NCBI GenBank assembly: GCA_964291625.2
Contig: OZ220090.1
Coordinates: 640,001-704,000, forward strand
Length of the DNA: 64,000 nucleotides
Source of the DNA: Candidatus Latescibacterota bacterium
GTDB lineage: Bacteria; Latescibacterota; UBA2968; UBA8231
Direction of reading: 5' to 3'
The position numbers and the translations under genes are program-made. Positions 45,094-54,378 of the stretch are shown in pieces. Within the stretch, counting starts at the first letter, position 1. Each line of letters begins with the position of its first letter. The notes beneath the pieces are model-generated. The model made no database searches and was not told the origin of the DNA. It was given only the letters and a program-made list of their open reading frames with translations.

Positions 45094-45770
45094 AGGTGCT
45101 CGCAGCGGTTCAGGTAGCGGACTGCGCAGCTGTCGGGGCCGAGGCAGAACCGGGTGATGGCGGTGTTCCCATGATTGTAGGACAGGCCCGGACTGGGCAG
45201 CTGATCGGTGAGGGCCTTGACCAGTCCGCTCATGAAGTCGCCGTGGCTGACGATGCCCAGGCGCTCGGCGGCCTCCCCGCTCTCGGCCCCCCTCCGGGCC
45301 CGCTCCTTCAGCTCCGCGGCGACGGCGATCGCCCGGCCCCTGCCGGCGTGCTTGGTCTCCTGCCCGCCGGGCCACCAGCCCTGGTCCCCGATCCCGTCGG
45401 GCAGCCCGACCCCGGGAAAGCCGCTCTCGATCTCCGAGCGGGTCATCCCGTGCAGGTCACCCTTCCCCTCCAGCCAGATGCCGCCCACCTCGTGGATGTC
45501 GATCCAGACCTCGGGTGCGGTGCCGAGGGCCTCGGCGATCGGTTGCGCCGTCTCCAGGGCCCGCCGCATGGCGCTGCAGTAGAGGCTGTCGAAGGCGGGC
45601 CGGCCGTCCCGCTCGCCCGGGTCGAGGTGGCCGCCGCCGGCCAGGTGCGAGGCCACCCTTCTCGCCTGCTCTTCTCCCAGGCCGGTCAGCGGCGGGTCCG
45701 AGACCCTCCGGGAGCTGTCCTTCAGGGCGTTGTTGTACGACTCTCCGTGCCGAATCAGAAACAGATCCAT
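45090..45770 (-). CDS. Histidine phosphatase (phosphoglycerate mutase-like) family protein
   Basis: LIRHGES, SAMRRALETA, VSHG, NTAIT. Confidence 0.9.
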   Translation of the reverse strand: MDLFLIRHGESYNNALKDSSRRVSDPPLTGLGEEQARRVASHLAGGGHLDPGERDGRPAFDSLYCSAMRRALETAQPIAEALGTAPEVWIDIHEVGGIWLEGKGDLHGMTRSEIESGFPGVGLPDGIGDQGWWPGGQETKHAGRGRAIAVAAELKERARRGAESGEAAERLGIVSHGDFMSGLVKALTDQLPSPGLSYNHGNTAITRFCLGPDSCAVRYLNRCEHL

Positions 45771-45866
45771 CGCATCGTCATCCGTCTTGTGCAGGTCCAG
45801 GCGGCCCGTTGCCCGACGGTCGGGCCCCGCCGTAGGTTACGCGCCCTTCACCGATCGAGGGAGCGC

Positions 45867-47384
45867 ATGAACATAGCCGTTCGCCAGGGCGAGATACAGA
45901 AGACGAGAGCCGAGGCCGTCGTCGTCAACCTGTTCCAGGGGGCCAGGCCCGGCGGGGCCACCGCCGCCGTCGACGCCGGGCTCGGCGGCCTCATCGGGCG
46001 CGTCGTCGACAGCGGCGACTTCACGGGAGAGAAGAACCGCACCCTGCTGCTCTACCCCGAGTCCGGGGGCCTCCCGGCGAGGCGGGTGCTGCTGGTCGGC
46101 CTCGGCCGGCAGGAGGACTTCGACCTGGAGACGGCCCGTCAGGCCGCCGGCAGCGCGGCGCGCCGGCTCCAGGAGCTGGGCGTTGAGAAGGCGGCCACGG
46201 TGCTCCACGGAGCCGGTGCCGGGGGCCTGGAGGCCGAGGAGGCGGCCCAGGCGGTGGCCGAGGCCAGCATCCTCGCCTGTTACCGCTTCGACGAGCACAA
46301 GTCCGGCCCCGAGGAGCGCAAGGCGCTGCGCCAGTTGACCGTGGTCGAGTTCGACGGCGGCCGGCTGGCGGCGGTGCGGCGCGGCGTGCGCATGGGACGG
46401 TGGATCGCCGAGGGCGCCTGCCTGGCCCGCGACCTCGTGAACCATCCCGGCAACACGGCGACGCCCTCCTTCCTCGCGAGCCGGGCGCGGGCCCTTGCCC
46501 GCCGGCACGAAGGATTGCGCTGCCGCGTCCTCGACGAGGCGGCCATGCGCAAGGAGGGAATGGGCGCCATCCTCGGGGTCTCGGCGGGCAGCGCCGAGCC
46601 GGCGAAGCTCATCATCCTCGAGCATGGACTGAGTCCCCGCCGACGCGGGGCTCGGCGGCGAAAGCCCCTCGTCTTCGTCGGCAAGGGGGTCACCTTCGAC
46701 TCCGGCGGCATCTCCATCAAGCCGGGCAGCGGCATGGCCGACATGAAGATGGACATGTCCGGCGCCGCCGCGGTGATCGGCGCCATGGAGGTCGTGGCCC
46801 GGGCGGGCCTCGCACAGCCCGTGGTCGGCATCGTCCCGGCCACCGAGAACCTCCTCGACGGCAAGGCCTACAAGCCCGGGGATGTGCTCACGACGATGGC
46901 GGGGAAGACGATCGAGATCGACAACACCGACGCCGAGGGCCGCCTGATCCTGGCCGACGCCCTCGCGTACGCGCAACGCTACGAGCCGGAGGGAATCGTC
47001 GACCTGGCCACCCTCACCGGCGCCTGCGTCATCGCCCTGGGGTCCCACGCCAGCGGCCTCATGACCAACGACGACGGGCTCGCGGACCGGGTCGAGGCGG
47101 CGGCCTCGGCGACGGCGGAAAAGGTCTGGCGCCTGCCCTTGTGGCCGGAGTACCGGAGGCAGATTCGCAGCCAGGTGGCGGACATGAAGAACACGGGCGG
47201 ACGCGAGGGCGGCGCGATCACGGCGGCGGCCCTGCTGGCCGAGTTCGCCGGCGACACCCCCTGGGTCCACCTCGACATCGCCGGCACCGCCTGGACCGAC
47301 AGGGCCAGGCCCTATGTGCCGAGAGGCGGCGTCGGCGTGGGCGTCCGCCTGCTGGTCGAGCTGGCCCGGCGGAGCCGGAAGTGA
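45867..47384 (+). CDS. pepA: Leucyl aminopeptidase (M17)
   Basis: VGKGVTFDSGG, MKMDM, NTDAEGRL, ATLTGA, HLDIAG. Confidence 0.95.
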   Translation: MNIAVRQGEIQKTRAEAVVVNLFQGARPGGATAAVDAGLGGLIGRVVDSGDFTGEKNRTLLLYPESGGLPARRVLLVGLGRQEDFDLETARQAAGSAARRLQELGVEKAATVLHGAGAGGLEAEEAAQAVAEASILACYRFDEHKSGPEERKALRQLTVVEFDGGRLAAVRRGVRMGRWIAEGACLARDLVNHPGNTATPSFLASRARALARRHEGLRCRVLDEAAMRKEGMGAILGVSAGSAEPAKLIILEHGLSPRRRGARRRKPLVFVGKGVTFDSGGISIKPGSGMADMKMDMSGAAAVIGAMEVVARAGLAQPVVGIVPATENLLDGKAYKPGDVLTTMAGKTIEIDNTDAEGRLILADALAYAQRYEPEGIVDLATLTGACVIALGSHASGLMTNDDGLADRVEAAASATAEKVWRLPLWPEYRRQIRSQVADMKNTGGREGGAITAAALLAEFAGDTPWVHLDIAGTAWTDRARPYVPRGGVGVGVRLLVELARRSRK

Positions 47385-47442
47385 CGGCTCCCGGCCCCGG
47401 GGCCCGGGAGGTGCGCGGAACCGGCGCGGAGCCGCGCGGCCC

Positions 47443-47976
47443 ATGATCCTCTCCGACGCCAGCCTGCGGCAGCTGCTGGCCTCGGGGAAGCTGAGCATCG
47501 ACCCTCTCGACGACGACCAGATCCAGCCCGCCTCCGTCGATCTGCGGCTCTCCGACCACTTCCTCAAGGTGGACGAGAATCGCCTGGAGGCGATCCGCCT
47601 GGACAGGGAGGTCCCCTACCAGGAGCTGACCCAGCAGCAGATCGTCATCCCCCCGCACTCATTCCTCCTCGCCACCACCCGCGAGCGCATCCGCCTGCCC
47701 GACGACGTGACCGCCTTCGTCGAGGGCCGCAGCTCCATCGGCCGCATCGGGCTGTTCATCCAGAACGCGGGTTGGGTCGATCCCGGGTTCCAAGGGAGCC
47801 TGACCCTCGAGTTGTTCAACTCCAACCGCCTGCCCATCCGCTTGCAGGAGGGCCGCCGGATCTGCCAGCTCGTCTTCGCCCGCATGGACCGCGCCGCCAC
47901 GCGGCCCTACGACGGCAAGTACCAGCACCAGGCACGGGCCACGGGCAGCCGCATCCGCCTCGATCCGGACCGCTGA
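47443..47976 (+). CDS. dcd: dCTP deaminase
   Basis: QPASVDLRL, EGRSSIGR, AGWVDPGFQG, RICQLVF, GKY. Confidence 0.94.
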   Translation: MILSDASLRQLLASGKLSIDPLDDDQIQPASVDLRLSDHFLKVDENRLEAIRLDREVPYQELTQQQIVIPPHSFLLATTRERIRLPDDVTAFVEGRSSIGRIGLFIQNAGWVDPGFQGSLTLELFNSNRLPIRLQEGRRICQLVFARMDRAATRPYDGKYQHQARATGSRIRLDPDR

Positions 47977-48027
47977 CGCCGACGGCAAGACGCCTCTCCC
48001 CGCAGCATATGTCCTGAAGGTCCGTCG

Positions 48028-50463
48028 ATGCGCCTTCCCATCGGGAAACCCGGGATCCCCACCGTCTGCCTGGTCCTCTGTCTGGTCCTTGGATTCTCCC
48101 TGCGCTTCGTCGGGTTGACCCGCGGCGACAGCTCCTTCGTCCCCGAGGGTACGGATCGCACCACGGAAGAGAGAGCCTTCTACCACTTCCATCCCGACGA
48201 GACCACCATCGTCCGGACCGCTCTCAAACCGATCGAACCCTTTTCTCCGGAGCTTACCTGTTACGGCCTGTTGCCTGTCTACCTGCTTCGCGGAATCCTC
48301 GAGTTCAACCGGATCGTCTTCGGTTGGGACTTCGAGGACCAGGGCTCCACCGACTCGGTGCGCTATGTCTATCTGACCGCCCGCATCCTGGCGGCCCTGG
48401 TCTCCTGTCTGACCCTGTGCCTGGTGTGGCTGCTGGGCCACCGCTGGTTCGGGGAGCTGACCGGACTGCTCGCCGCCGCGGTGGTTGCCGTGGCCCCCAT
48501 GGCCATCCAGGCGGCCCACTTCTACACCGTGGACGGGTTGCTCACGCTGCTGATCCTGGCCGCGATCCTCGCCCTGTTGCATGCGCTGGAGGGCGATGAC
48601 CGGCGATGGTGGGTGGCGACCGGGGTCCTGACGGGACTCGCTGGCGCGGTGCGCCTCGCCGGTCTGTCGGTGGGGGCGGTGGTGCTGGCCGGTCTCCTCA
48701 TCTACCACCGCCGCAGACTCAGAGCGGTTCTGACCTCTTCCGTCTGGCTGGCAGGTCTGGCGGGGTTGCTGTCCCTGCTCGTCCTGCAGCCTTACCTCGT
48801 TACGGACTGGGAACTACTCCTCCAGAGCCGCTCGGCGAACGACTTCAACTATGCGATGAAGGTAGCCCGCGGCGACTTCCTCACCGCGTGGAGCCTGGTG
48901 GATGTCCACACCATCCCGTACCTGCACCACTGGAGCCGCCTGTGGCCCCTGGGGGTGGGCTGGCCCCTCACCGTCTCCTTCGGCCTCGGAATCGCCTACG
49001 GTCTGTGGAGAGGAGACCGTCGCAAGGGACTGCTCCTCCTGTGGGTGGGGATCCACTTCGCCCTCATCGGCGGCCTGCTCACCAAGCCGATGCGCTACCT
49101 CCTGCCCATGCTGCCCTTCCTGGCCATTCTGACGGCCGACCTTTGTGTCTGGCTGGTCGATTCTCCCCGGTGGCTCAGAGGGCGCAAGCTGGCCATCGCC
49201 GCCACCGCCGCGGTTCTCGTCTACAGTGCGAGTTACGGCATCGCCTTCGCAGGCATCTATGCCAGGGAGGACAGCCGCATCGAGGCGGCGCGCTGGATGG
49301 AGGAGCGGATCCCGGACGACAGCCGGATCGGCATCGAGCAGGGCGCCTTCACGATGCGGGGACTGGTCGGCCACCGCCATCGCTTGAGATTGCTCGGTAC
49401 CTCCCAGCTCTTCAGCATGCGGGGATATGCGACCTGCGGCACGGAACTCACCTGGCTCCGGCCATACTTCGAGAACCTCGACTACCTGGCCATCATCGAG
49501 GCCAATCGATACCAGCAGTTCACGGCCGTTCCCGATCTGATCCCCGGCGCGGCCGCCTTCTACCAGGCGCTGGCCGCCGGGGATCTGGGCTTCGACCTCG
49601 TCCACCGGGTCGAGCCTTACCCCGCCCTGGGCGGCCTCGAGTTCCGGGACGATGGAAGCGATCCCTCCTTCACCGGCTACGACCACCCGGTGGTCTCGAT
49701 CTTCAGGAAGAGAGATGACGCCTCCTGGCACGAGGCCTGGGAGAGATTGCGGACGAGCCTGTCCGCCAGCGCCCACTGCGTGGATCCCTACCTGGAGAGA
49801 GCGGGTGCCGCCATCAAGGCCGGGGATCCGAACCAGGGCCTCACCTGGACCCGGATGGCCGCCCGGAGAGTACCGGAGAACCGGATCGCCCTGCTGATCG
49901 AGGCCCATCTGCTCGCCCGCATGGGAGGACCGGACCGGGAAGACCTGGAGGCCTACCATACCGAACTGCTGGAGCCGCACCGCATCCCCGCGGACGCGGC
50001 CCTGGCCACCGGGATGAGCCTCTTCGAGTTGGGGCTGAAGGAGCTGGCCGTCTCCGCCCTCGAGACCGGGGTCTCGGCGGCCATCGCAGACGACAGGGTT
50101 CCCAGGGAACCGATGGCCCGCATCTACATCCGCCTGGCATCCCACCTGAAGGAGGAACTCGAGCTGGAGGAGGAGGCCGACGAGGTCCTGTTGATGGCCA
50201 CCCGGCTTCACCCCCTTCCCAGGGCCTACAACCGACTGGCCAGGGGGGCTCTCGAGAAAGAGCACTACGGGCCAGCCGCCGAGTATCTGCAGCAGTCGCT
50301 GCGGCTGAACCCCGAGCAGGCGGGCGTGCATGCCACCCTCGGCCAGATCGCGGCGGAGGTGGAGGATCCGGCCACGGCGCTGCGGCACTTCCGGAGGGCC
50401 CTCGAGCTGAACCCGGACCTGGAGGACCGCCTCAGCCCCTGGATCACCGTCCACAGGGACTGA
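48028..50463 (+). CDS. GT-C fold glycosyltransferase (GT39/ArnT-like) with C-terminal TPRs
   Basis: HFHPDE loop motif, ARILAA, many TM helices, RYLLP, TPR-like YLQQSLRLNPEQA..LG..FRRALELNP. Confidence 0.8.
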   Translation: MRLPIGKPGIPTVCLVLCLVLGFSLRFVGLTRGDSSFVPEGTDRTTEERAFYHFHPDETTIVRTALKPIEPFSPELTCYGLLPVYLLRGILEFNRIVFGWDFEDQGSTDSVRYVYLTARILAALVSCLTLCLVWLLGHRWFGELTGLLAAAVVAVAPMAIQAAHFYTVDGLLTLLILAAILALLHALEGDDRRWWVATGVLTGLAGAVRLAGLSVGAVVLAGLLIYHRRRLRAVLTSSVWLAGLAGLLSLLVLQPYLVTDWELLLQSRSANDFNYAMKVARGDFLTAWSLVDVHTIPYLHHWSRLWPLGVGWPLTVSFGLGIAYGLWRGDRRKGLLLLWVGIHFALIGGLLTKPMRYLLPMLPFLAILTADLCVWLVDSPRWLRGRKLAIAATAAVLVYSASYGIAFAGIYAREDSRIEAARWMEERIPDDSRIGIEQGAFTMRGLVGHRHRLRLLGTSQLFSMRGYATCGTELTWLRPYFENLDYLAIIEANRYQQFTAVPDLIPGAAAFYQALAAGDLGFDLVHRVEPYPALGGLEFRDDGSDPSFTGYDHPVVSIFRKRDDASWHEAWERLRTSLSASAHCVDPYLERAGAAIKAGDPNQGLTWTRMAARRVPENRIALLIEAHLLARMGGPDREDLEAYHTELLEPHRIPADAALATGMSLFELGLKELAVSALETGVSAAIADDRVPREPMARIYIRLASHLKEELELEEEADEVLLMATRLHPLPRAYNRLARGALEKEHYGPAAEYLQQSLRLNPEQAGVHATLGQIAAEVEDPATALRHFRRALELNPDLEDRLSPWITVHRD

Positions 50464-50558
50464 CCGAAGGAGCGGCGCCGGCCGTACGGACCCTTGCTTG
50501 ACGGAGGAGGGCCGCCGAACCCGATTATCACCCTTCCCCCTACCGCCCTGGAGAGACC

Positions 50559-51575
50559 ATGAGCACCGACCTGCACAGCGACGCCCTCGTCATCGACTCC
50601 CACAACGACACCGCCGTGGGCCTGATCCGACGCGGCAACCTCGGGCTGGCCGGGGAGAGCGGCCCGGAGCGGCGGCGGCGGCTCGGAACCGTCGCCTATG
50701 TGCGTCAGCAGTTCGACCCTCCCGAGAGGCCCCTGCAGCAGACCCTGCCCCGTCTCCGCGAAGGCGGGATCGACGCCGGCTACTTCGCCGTGGACACGAC
50801 GATCGCCCGCAACAACCACCTCCTGTACGCCCTCGACGCGCTGGGCTACCTGAAGCGCGAGGTGGAGACCCACTCCGCCGAGGCGGCCATCGTCCGTTCC
50901 GCCGCCGACATCGAGACCGCCCGCGCCGCCGGACGCTTTGCGGTGGTCCTGGCGGTGGAGAACTCGGCCGCCCTGCAGCACAGCCTCTTCGCCCTCGACG
51001 CCCTCTACGAGGTGGGGGTGCGCACCATGACCCTGACCCACAGCGCCCGCACCGACGCCGCCGACGGGTGCGAGGTGGAGGGCGGCGGCGGGCTCACCGG
51101 GTTCGGCCGGGAGGTCGTCCGGCGCATGAACGAGCTGGGCATGCTCGTCGACGTCTCCCACGTGAACGAGCGCGGCTTCTGGGATGTCCTCGAGTGCTCC
51201 TCCGCCCCCGTCGTCGCCAGCCACAGCTGCTGCCGCGCCCTGTGCGGCCACCCGCGCAACCTCACCGACGAGCAACTCCGGGCTCTGGGCGAGTCCGGCG
51301 GCGTCGTGGGCATCACCTTCGTGCCCGACTTCATCGACGCCGACGCGCCCGACATGGGACGCCTGATCGATCACGTCCTCCACGCCGTGGACCGGGCCGG
51401 CGAGGCAGCGGTGGGCCTCGGGTCCGACTTCGACGGCGGCGGCGACCTTCTGGCGCACGCCGGCAACTACCCGGAGATCACCGACAAGCTCCTCGAGCGC
51501 GGCACCGGAGAGGCGGCGGTGCGCGCCGTCCTCGGCCTCAACCACCTGCGGCTGCTGCGGCAGGTGATCGGCTGA
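50559..51575 (+). CDS. Membrane dipeptidase (M19)
   Basis: DSHND, LTH, DVSH, ASHS, HPRN, GLGSDFDG. Confidence 0.93.
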   Translation: MSTDLHSDALVIDSHNDTAVGLIRRGNLGLAGESGPERRRRLGTVAYVRQQFDPPERPLQQTLPRLREGGIDAGYFAVDTTIARNNHLLYALDALGYLKREVETHSAEAAIVRSAADIETARAAGRFAVVLAVENSAALQHSLFALDALYEVGVRTMTLTHSARTDAADGCEVEGGGGLTGFGREVVRRMNELGMLVDVSHVNERGFWDVLECSSAPVVASHSCCRALCGHPRNLTDEQLRALGESGGVVGITFVPDFIDADAPDMGRLIDHVLHAVDRAGEAAVGLGSDFDGGGDLLAHAGNYPEITDKLLERGTGEAAVRAVLGLNHLRLLRQVIG

Positions 51576-51582
51576 GCGCCGC

Positions 51583-53091
51583 TCAGTCGAGACCGTACAG
51601 GGGCCGGTACTTGGCCTCGAGGTACTCCATCAGGGAATCGACGCGCAGGGGCTCGCCGGTGACCTCCTGCACGAGTTCGGAGGCGGTGAGGCGGCTGCCC
51701 CGCGAGTGGATGTTCTCGCGCACCCAGCCGAGGAGGCCGGAGAACTCGCCCCGGCGGATCTGGCCGGGCAGATCCCCGAGGTCGACGCAGGCCCGGCGGT
51801 AGAACTGGGCGCCGTAGAGGTTGCCGAGGGTGTAGGTGGGGAAGTACCCGATGAGTCCCATCGACCAGTGGATGTCCTGCAGGACGCCCTCGGCGTCGGA
51901 GCCGGGCCGGATGCCGAGGTAGGAGTCCATGCGCTCGTTCCAGACTCCCGGCAGGTCCCCCACCTCCAGCTCTCCCTCGATGAGCGCCTTCTCCAGCTCG
52001 AAGCGCAGGAGGATGTGCAGGTCGTAGGTCATCTCGTCGGCCTCGACGCGGATGAGCGACCTCTCGACGCGGTTGACGACGGCGTAGAACCGGTCCACCC
52101 CCACGCCCTCGAGCTGCGCGGGGAAGCACTCGGCGAGGCGCGGCAGGTAGTGCTCCCAGAACTCGCGGCTGCGGCCGACGGCGTTCTCCCACGTGCGCGA
52201 CTGCGACTCGTGGATCCCGAGGGAGACGGACCCTCCCACGGGGAGCCCCTCGGCCTCGGCGGGCAGCCCCTGCTCGTAGAGGCCGTGGCCGGCCTCGTGG
52301 ATGATGCCGAAGAGAGCGCTGGTGAGCTGGTTGGCGGCGTACCGGGTGGTGAGGCGCACGTCCCCGGGGTGGCTGCCGGAGCAGAAGGGATGGACGGAGA
52401 CGTCGAGGCGGCCGGCCTCCATGTCGAAACCGAGGTCGGCCAGGACCCGGCGGCCGAAGCGCTCCTGCACGGCGACGTCGTAGTCGCGCTCCAGCAGGTC
52501 GTCGTGCTTCGCCGCCGCCTCGCTGCCCAGGATCTCCTCCACGAGGGGGACGAGCCGGCGGCGCAGTTCCCCGAGCAAGGGCTCGACCTCCTCCACCCGG
52601 GCGTGGGGCTCGAAGTGATCGAGGAGGGCGTTGTAGACCGACCCCGTGAAGCCCACGGCATGGGCCTCCTGGCGCTTGAGGTCGACGATCTTCTCCAGCC
52701 ACGGCTGGAAGCGGCCGAAGTCCGATTGCTCCCGCGCTTCGACCCAGGCCTCGTGGGCCAGCGACTGGGTGCGCGTCAGCTCGACGACCAGCTCCCTGGG
52801 GATCCGAAGGGCGCGGTCCTGGTGGCGCTTCAGTTCGCGCACGTTGACCCGGGCGTCACCACCCAGGCCCTCCCCTTCCAGCGACTCCACCAGCTCGACG
52901 AGGTCAGGAGCCGTAAGCCTCTCGTGGGCCAGGCCGGCCAGCGTCCCCAGGCTGCGCGCCCGGGGGCCGCTCCCCCGGCGGGGCATGCAGGTCTCCTGGT
53001 CCCAGTGGAGCAGGGACTCGGCGTGGCCCAGGTCGGCCAGCTCCCGCGCCGCGGCGGTGAGACGTTCGTAAGGCGCTTCGGAATTGCTCAT
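51583..53091 (-). CDS. Carboxypeptidase Taq (M32)
   Basis: HPF, HEAGH, HESQS, IRVEADE, QDIHW, GYFPTY. Confidence 0.95.
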   Translation of the reverse strand: MSNSEAPYERLTAAARELADLGHAESLLHWDQETCMPRRGSGPRARSLGTLAGLAHERLTAPDLVELVESLEGEGLGGDARVNVRELKRHQDRALRIPRELVVELTRTQSLAHEAWVEAREQSDFGRFQPWLEKIVDLKRQEAHAVGFTGSVYNALLDHFEPHARVEEVEPLLGELRRRLVPLVEEILGSEAAAKHDDLLERDYDVAVQERFGRRVLADLGFDMEAGRLDVSVHPFCSGSHPGDVRLTTRYAANQLTSALFGIIHEAGHGLYEQGLPAEAEGLPVGGSVSLGIHESQSRTWENAVGRSREFWEHYLPRLAECFPAQLEGVGVDRFYAVVNRVERSLIRVEADEMTYDLHILLRFELEKALIEGELEVGDLPGVWNERMDSYLGIRPGSDAEGVLQDIHWSMGLIGYFPTYTLGNLYGAQFYRRACVDLGDLPGQIRRGEFSGLLGWVRENIHSRGSRLTASELVQEVTGEPLRVDSLMEYLEAKYRPLYGLD

Positions 53092-53126
53092 CTTTCCTCC
53101 ATCCCTTCTCCCAGGAGCGAAGCCGC

Positions 53127-54350
53127 ATGAAGATCGTCAAAGCCGACCACTACGTCCTCCACATCCCGTTCTACGCCGACCACGTGGTGCGCGCCATGCA
53201 CCGCGCCCAGACCCACGACGAGACGGTCCACGTGAACCGCATCGAGCTCGACGACGGCAGCGTCGGCCACGGCGACGGAGGCGGCCCGGGGGGCGACCTG
53301 GTGGGCCGCAATCCCCTCGAGGTCCTGAACGACGACGGCATCGGCTTCGGCAACCAGCTCGCCATTCTCGACGCCGTGGGGCGCGCCACCGGCACCCCCG
53401 CCCACGCCCTCCTCGGCCGCCGGCTGCGCGACCGCTGCCCCCTCTCCTGGTGGGACATCGACATGCCCCCCGCCGACTGGGTGAAGGAGGCCGAGGAGTC
53501 GCTGAGGCGCGGCTACACCACCTTCAAGATGAAGGCCCGCCCCTGGTTCGACATCCACGAGCAGGTGGCCAGCGTCGGCGCCGTGGTGCCCGCCGACTAC
53601 CGCTTCGATGTCGACTTCAACGGCTTCCTGCTCAACTCGGCCCGCGCCGAGGAGCACCTCTGCCGCCTCGACGACCACCCCAACGTCGGCATGTACGAGA
53701 GCCCCTTCTACCTGGGGACCGACCTGACGGGAGCCCGCATCCTGCGGGAACGCGTCCGCAAGCCGGTGGTGGAGCACTTCAACGAAGGCGTCCTCCACGC
53801 CCACGCAAGCGACGGTTTCGTCATCGGCGGCGGCATCCAGGGGGTGCTGCGGCAGGGGACGCTGGCCGAGCAGTTCAACAAGCCCTTCTGGCTGCAGTTG
53901 GTGGGCACCGGGATCACCACCGCATTCGCCCTCCATCTCGGATCGGTCCTGTCCCACGCCCAGTTGCCCTACATCACCTGCTTCGAGCTGTTCGAGGACG
54001 ACCTCCTCGTCGACCCGATCCGCGTCGTCGACGGCCACGCTTCCGTGCCCGAGGGACCGGGTCTCGGCGTGGAGATCGACGAGGGCGCCATCGAGCGCTA
54101 CCGCGTCGAGCCGGGGGAGCCGTCGCCGTGTCAGCTCTACCGGCAGCGGAAACGCATCCTGCGGGTCCGCTGGCCGGGGCACGGCGCCGACCGCGTCTGG
54201 GAGTTCACCGCCGAGGCCAACTACCAGCGCGAGTTCTACGCCGGATCGATCCCGCCCTTCCAGCCCGGGGTGAGCCTGGAGGTGGAGGAGGACGACGGCT
54301 CCGCCGCCTTCGCGAAGGCCCACGAGTCGATCGCCGGCCGCGGCATGTAG
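53127..54350 (+). CDS. Mandelate racemase / muconate lactonizing (enolase superfamily) enzyme
   Basis: FKMKAR (KxK), DFN, ESP, EH metal ligands, VPEGPGLGVEID. Confidence 0.85.
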   Translation: MKIVKADHYVLHIPFYADHVVRAMHRAQTHDETVHVNRIELDDGSVGHGDGGGPGGDLVGRNPLEVLNDDGIGFGNQLAILDAVGRATGTPAHALLGRRLRDRCPLSWWDIDMPPADWVKEAEESLRRGYTTFKMKARPWFDIHEQVASVGAVVPADYRFDVDFNGFLLNSARAEEHLCRLDDHPNVGMYESPFYLGTDLTGARILRERVRKPVVEHFNEGVLHAHASDGFVIGGGIQGVLRQGTLAEQFNKPFWLQLVGTGITTAFALHLGSVLSHAQLPYITCFELFEDDLLVDPIRVVDGHASVPEGPGLGVEIDEGAIERYRVEPGEPSPCQLYRQRKRILRVRWPGHGADRVWEFTAEANYQREFYAGSIPPFQPGVSLEVEEDDGSAAFAKAHESIAGRGM

Positions 54351-54378
54351 CCGCCGGGGGCCGCGTCCGGCGGCGGCT

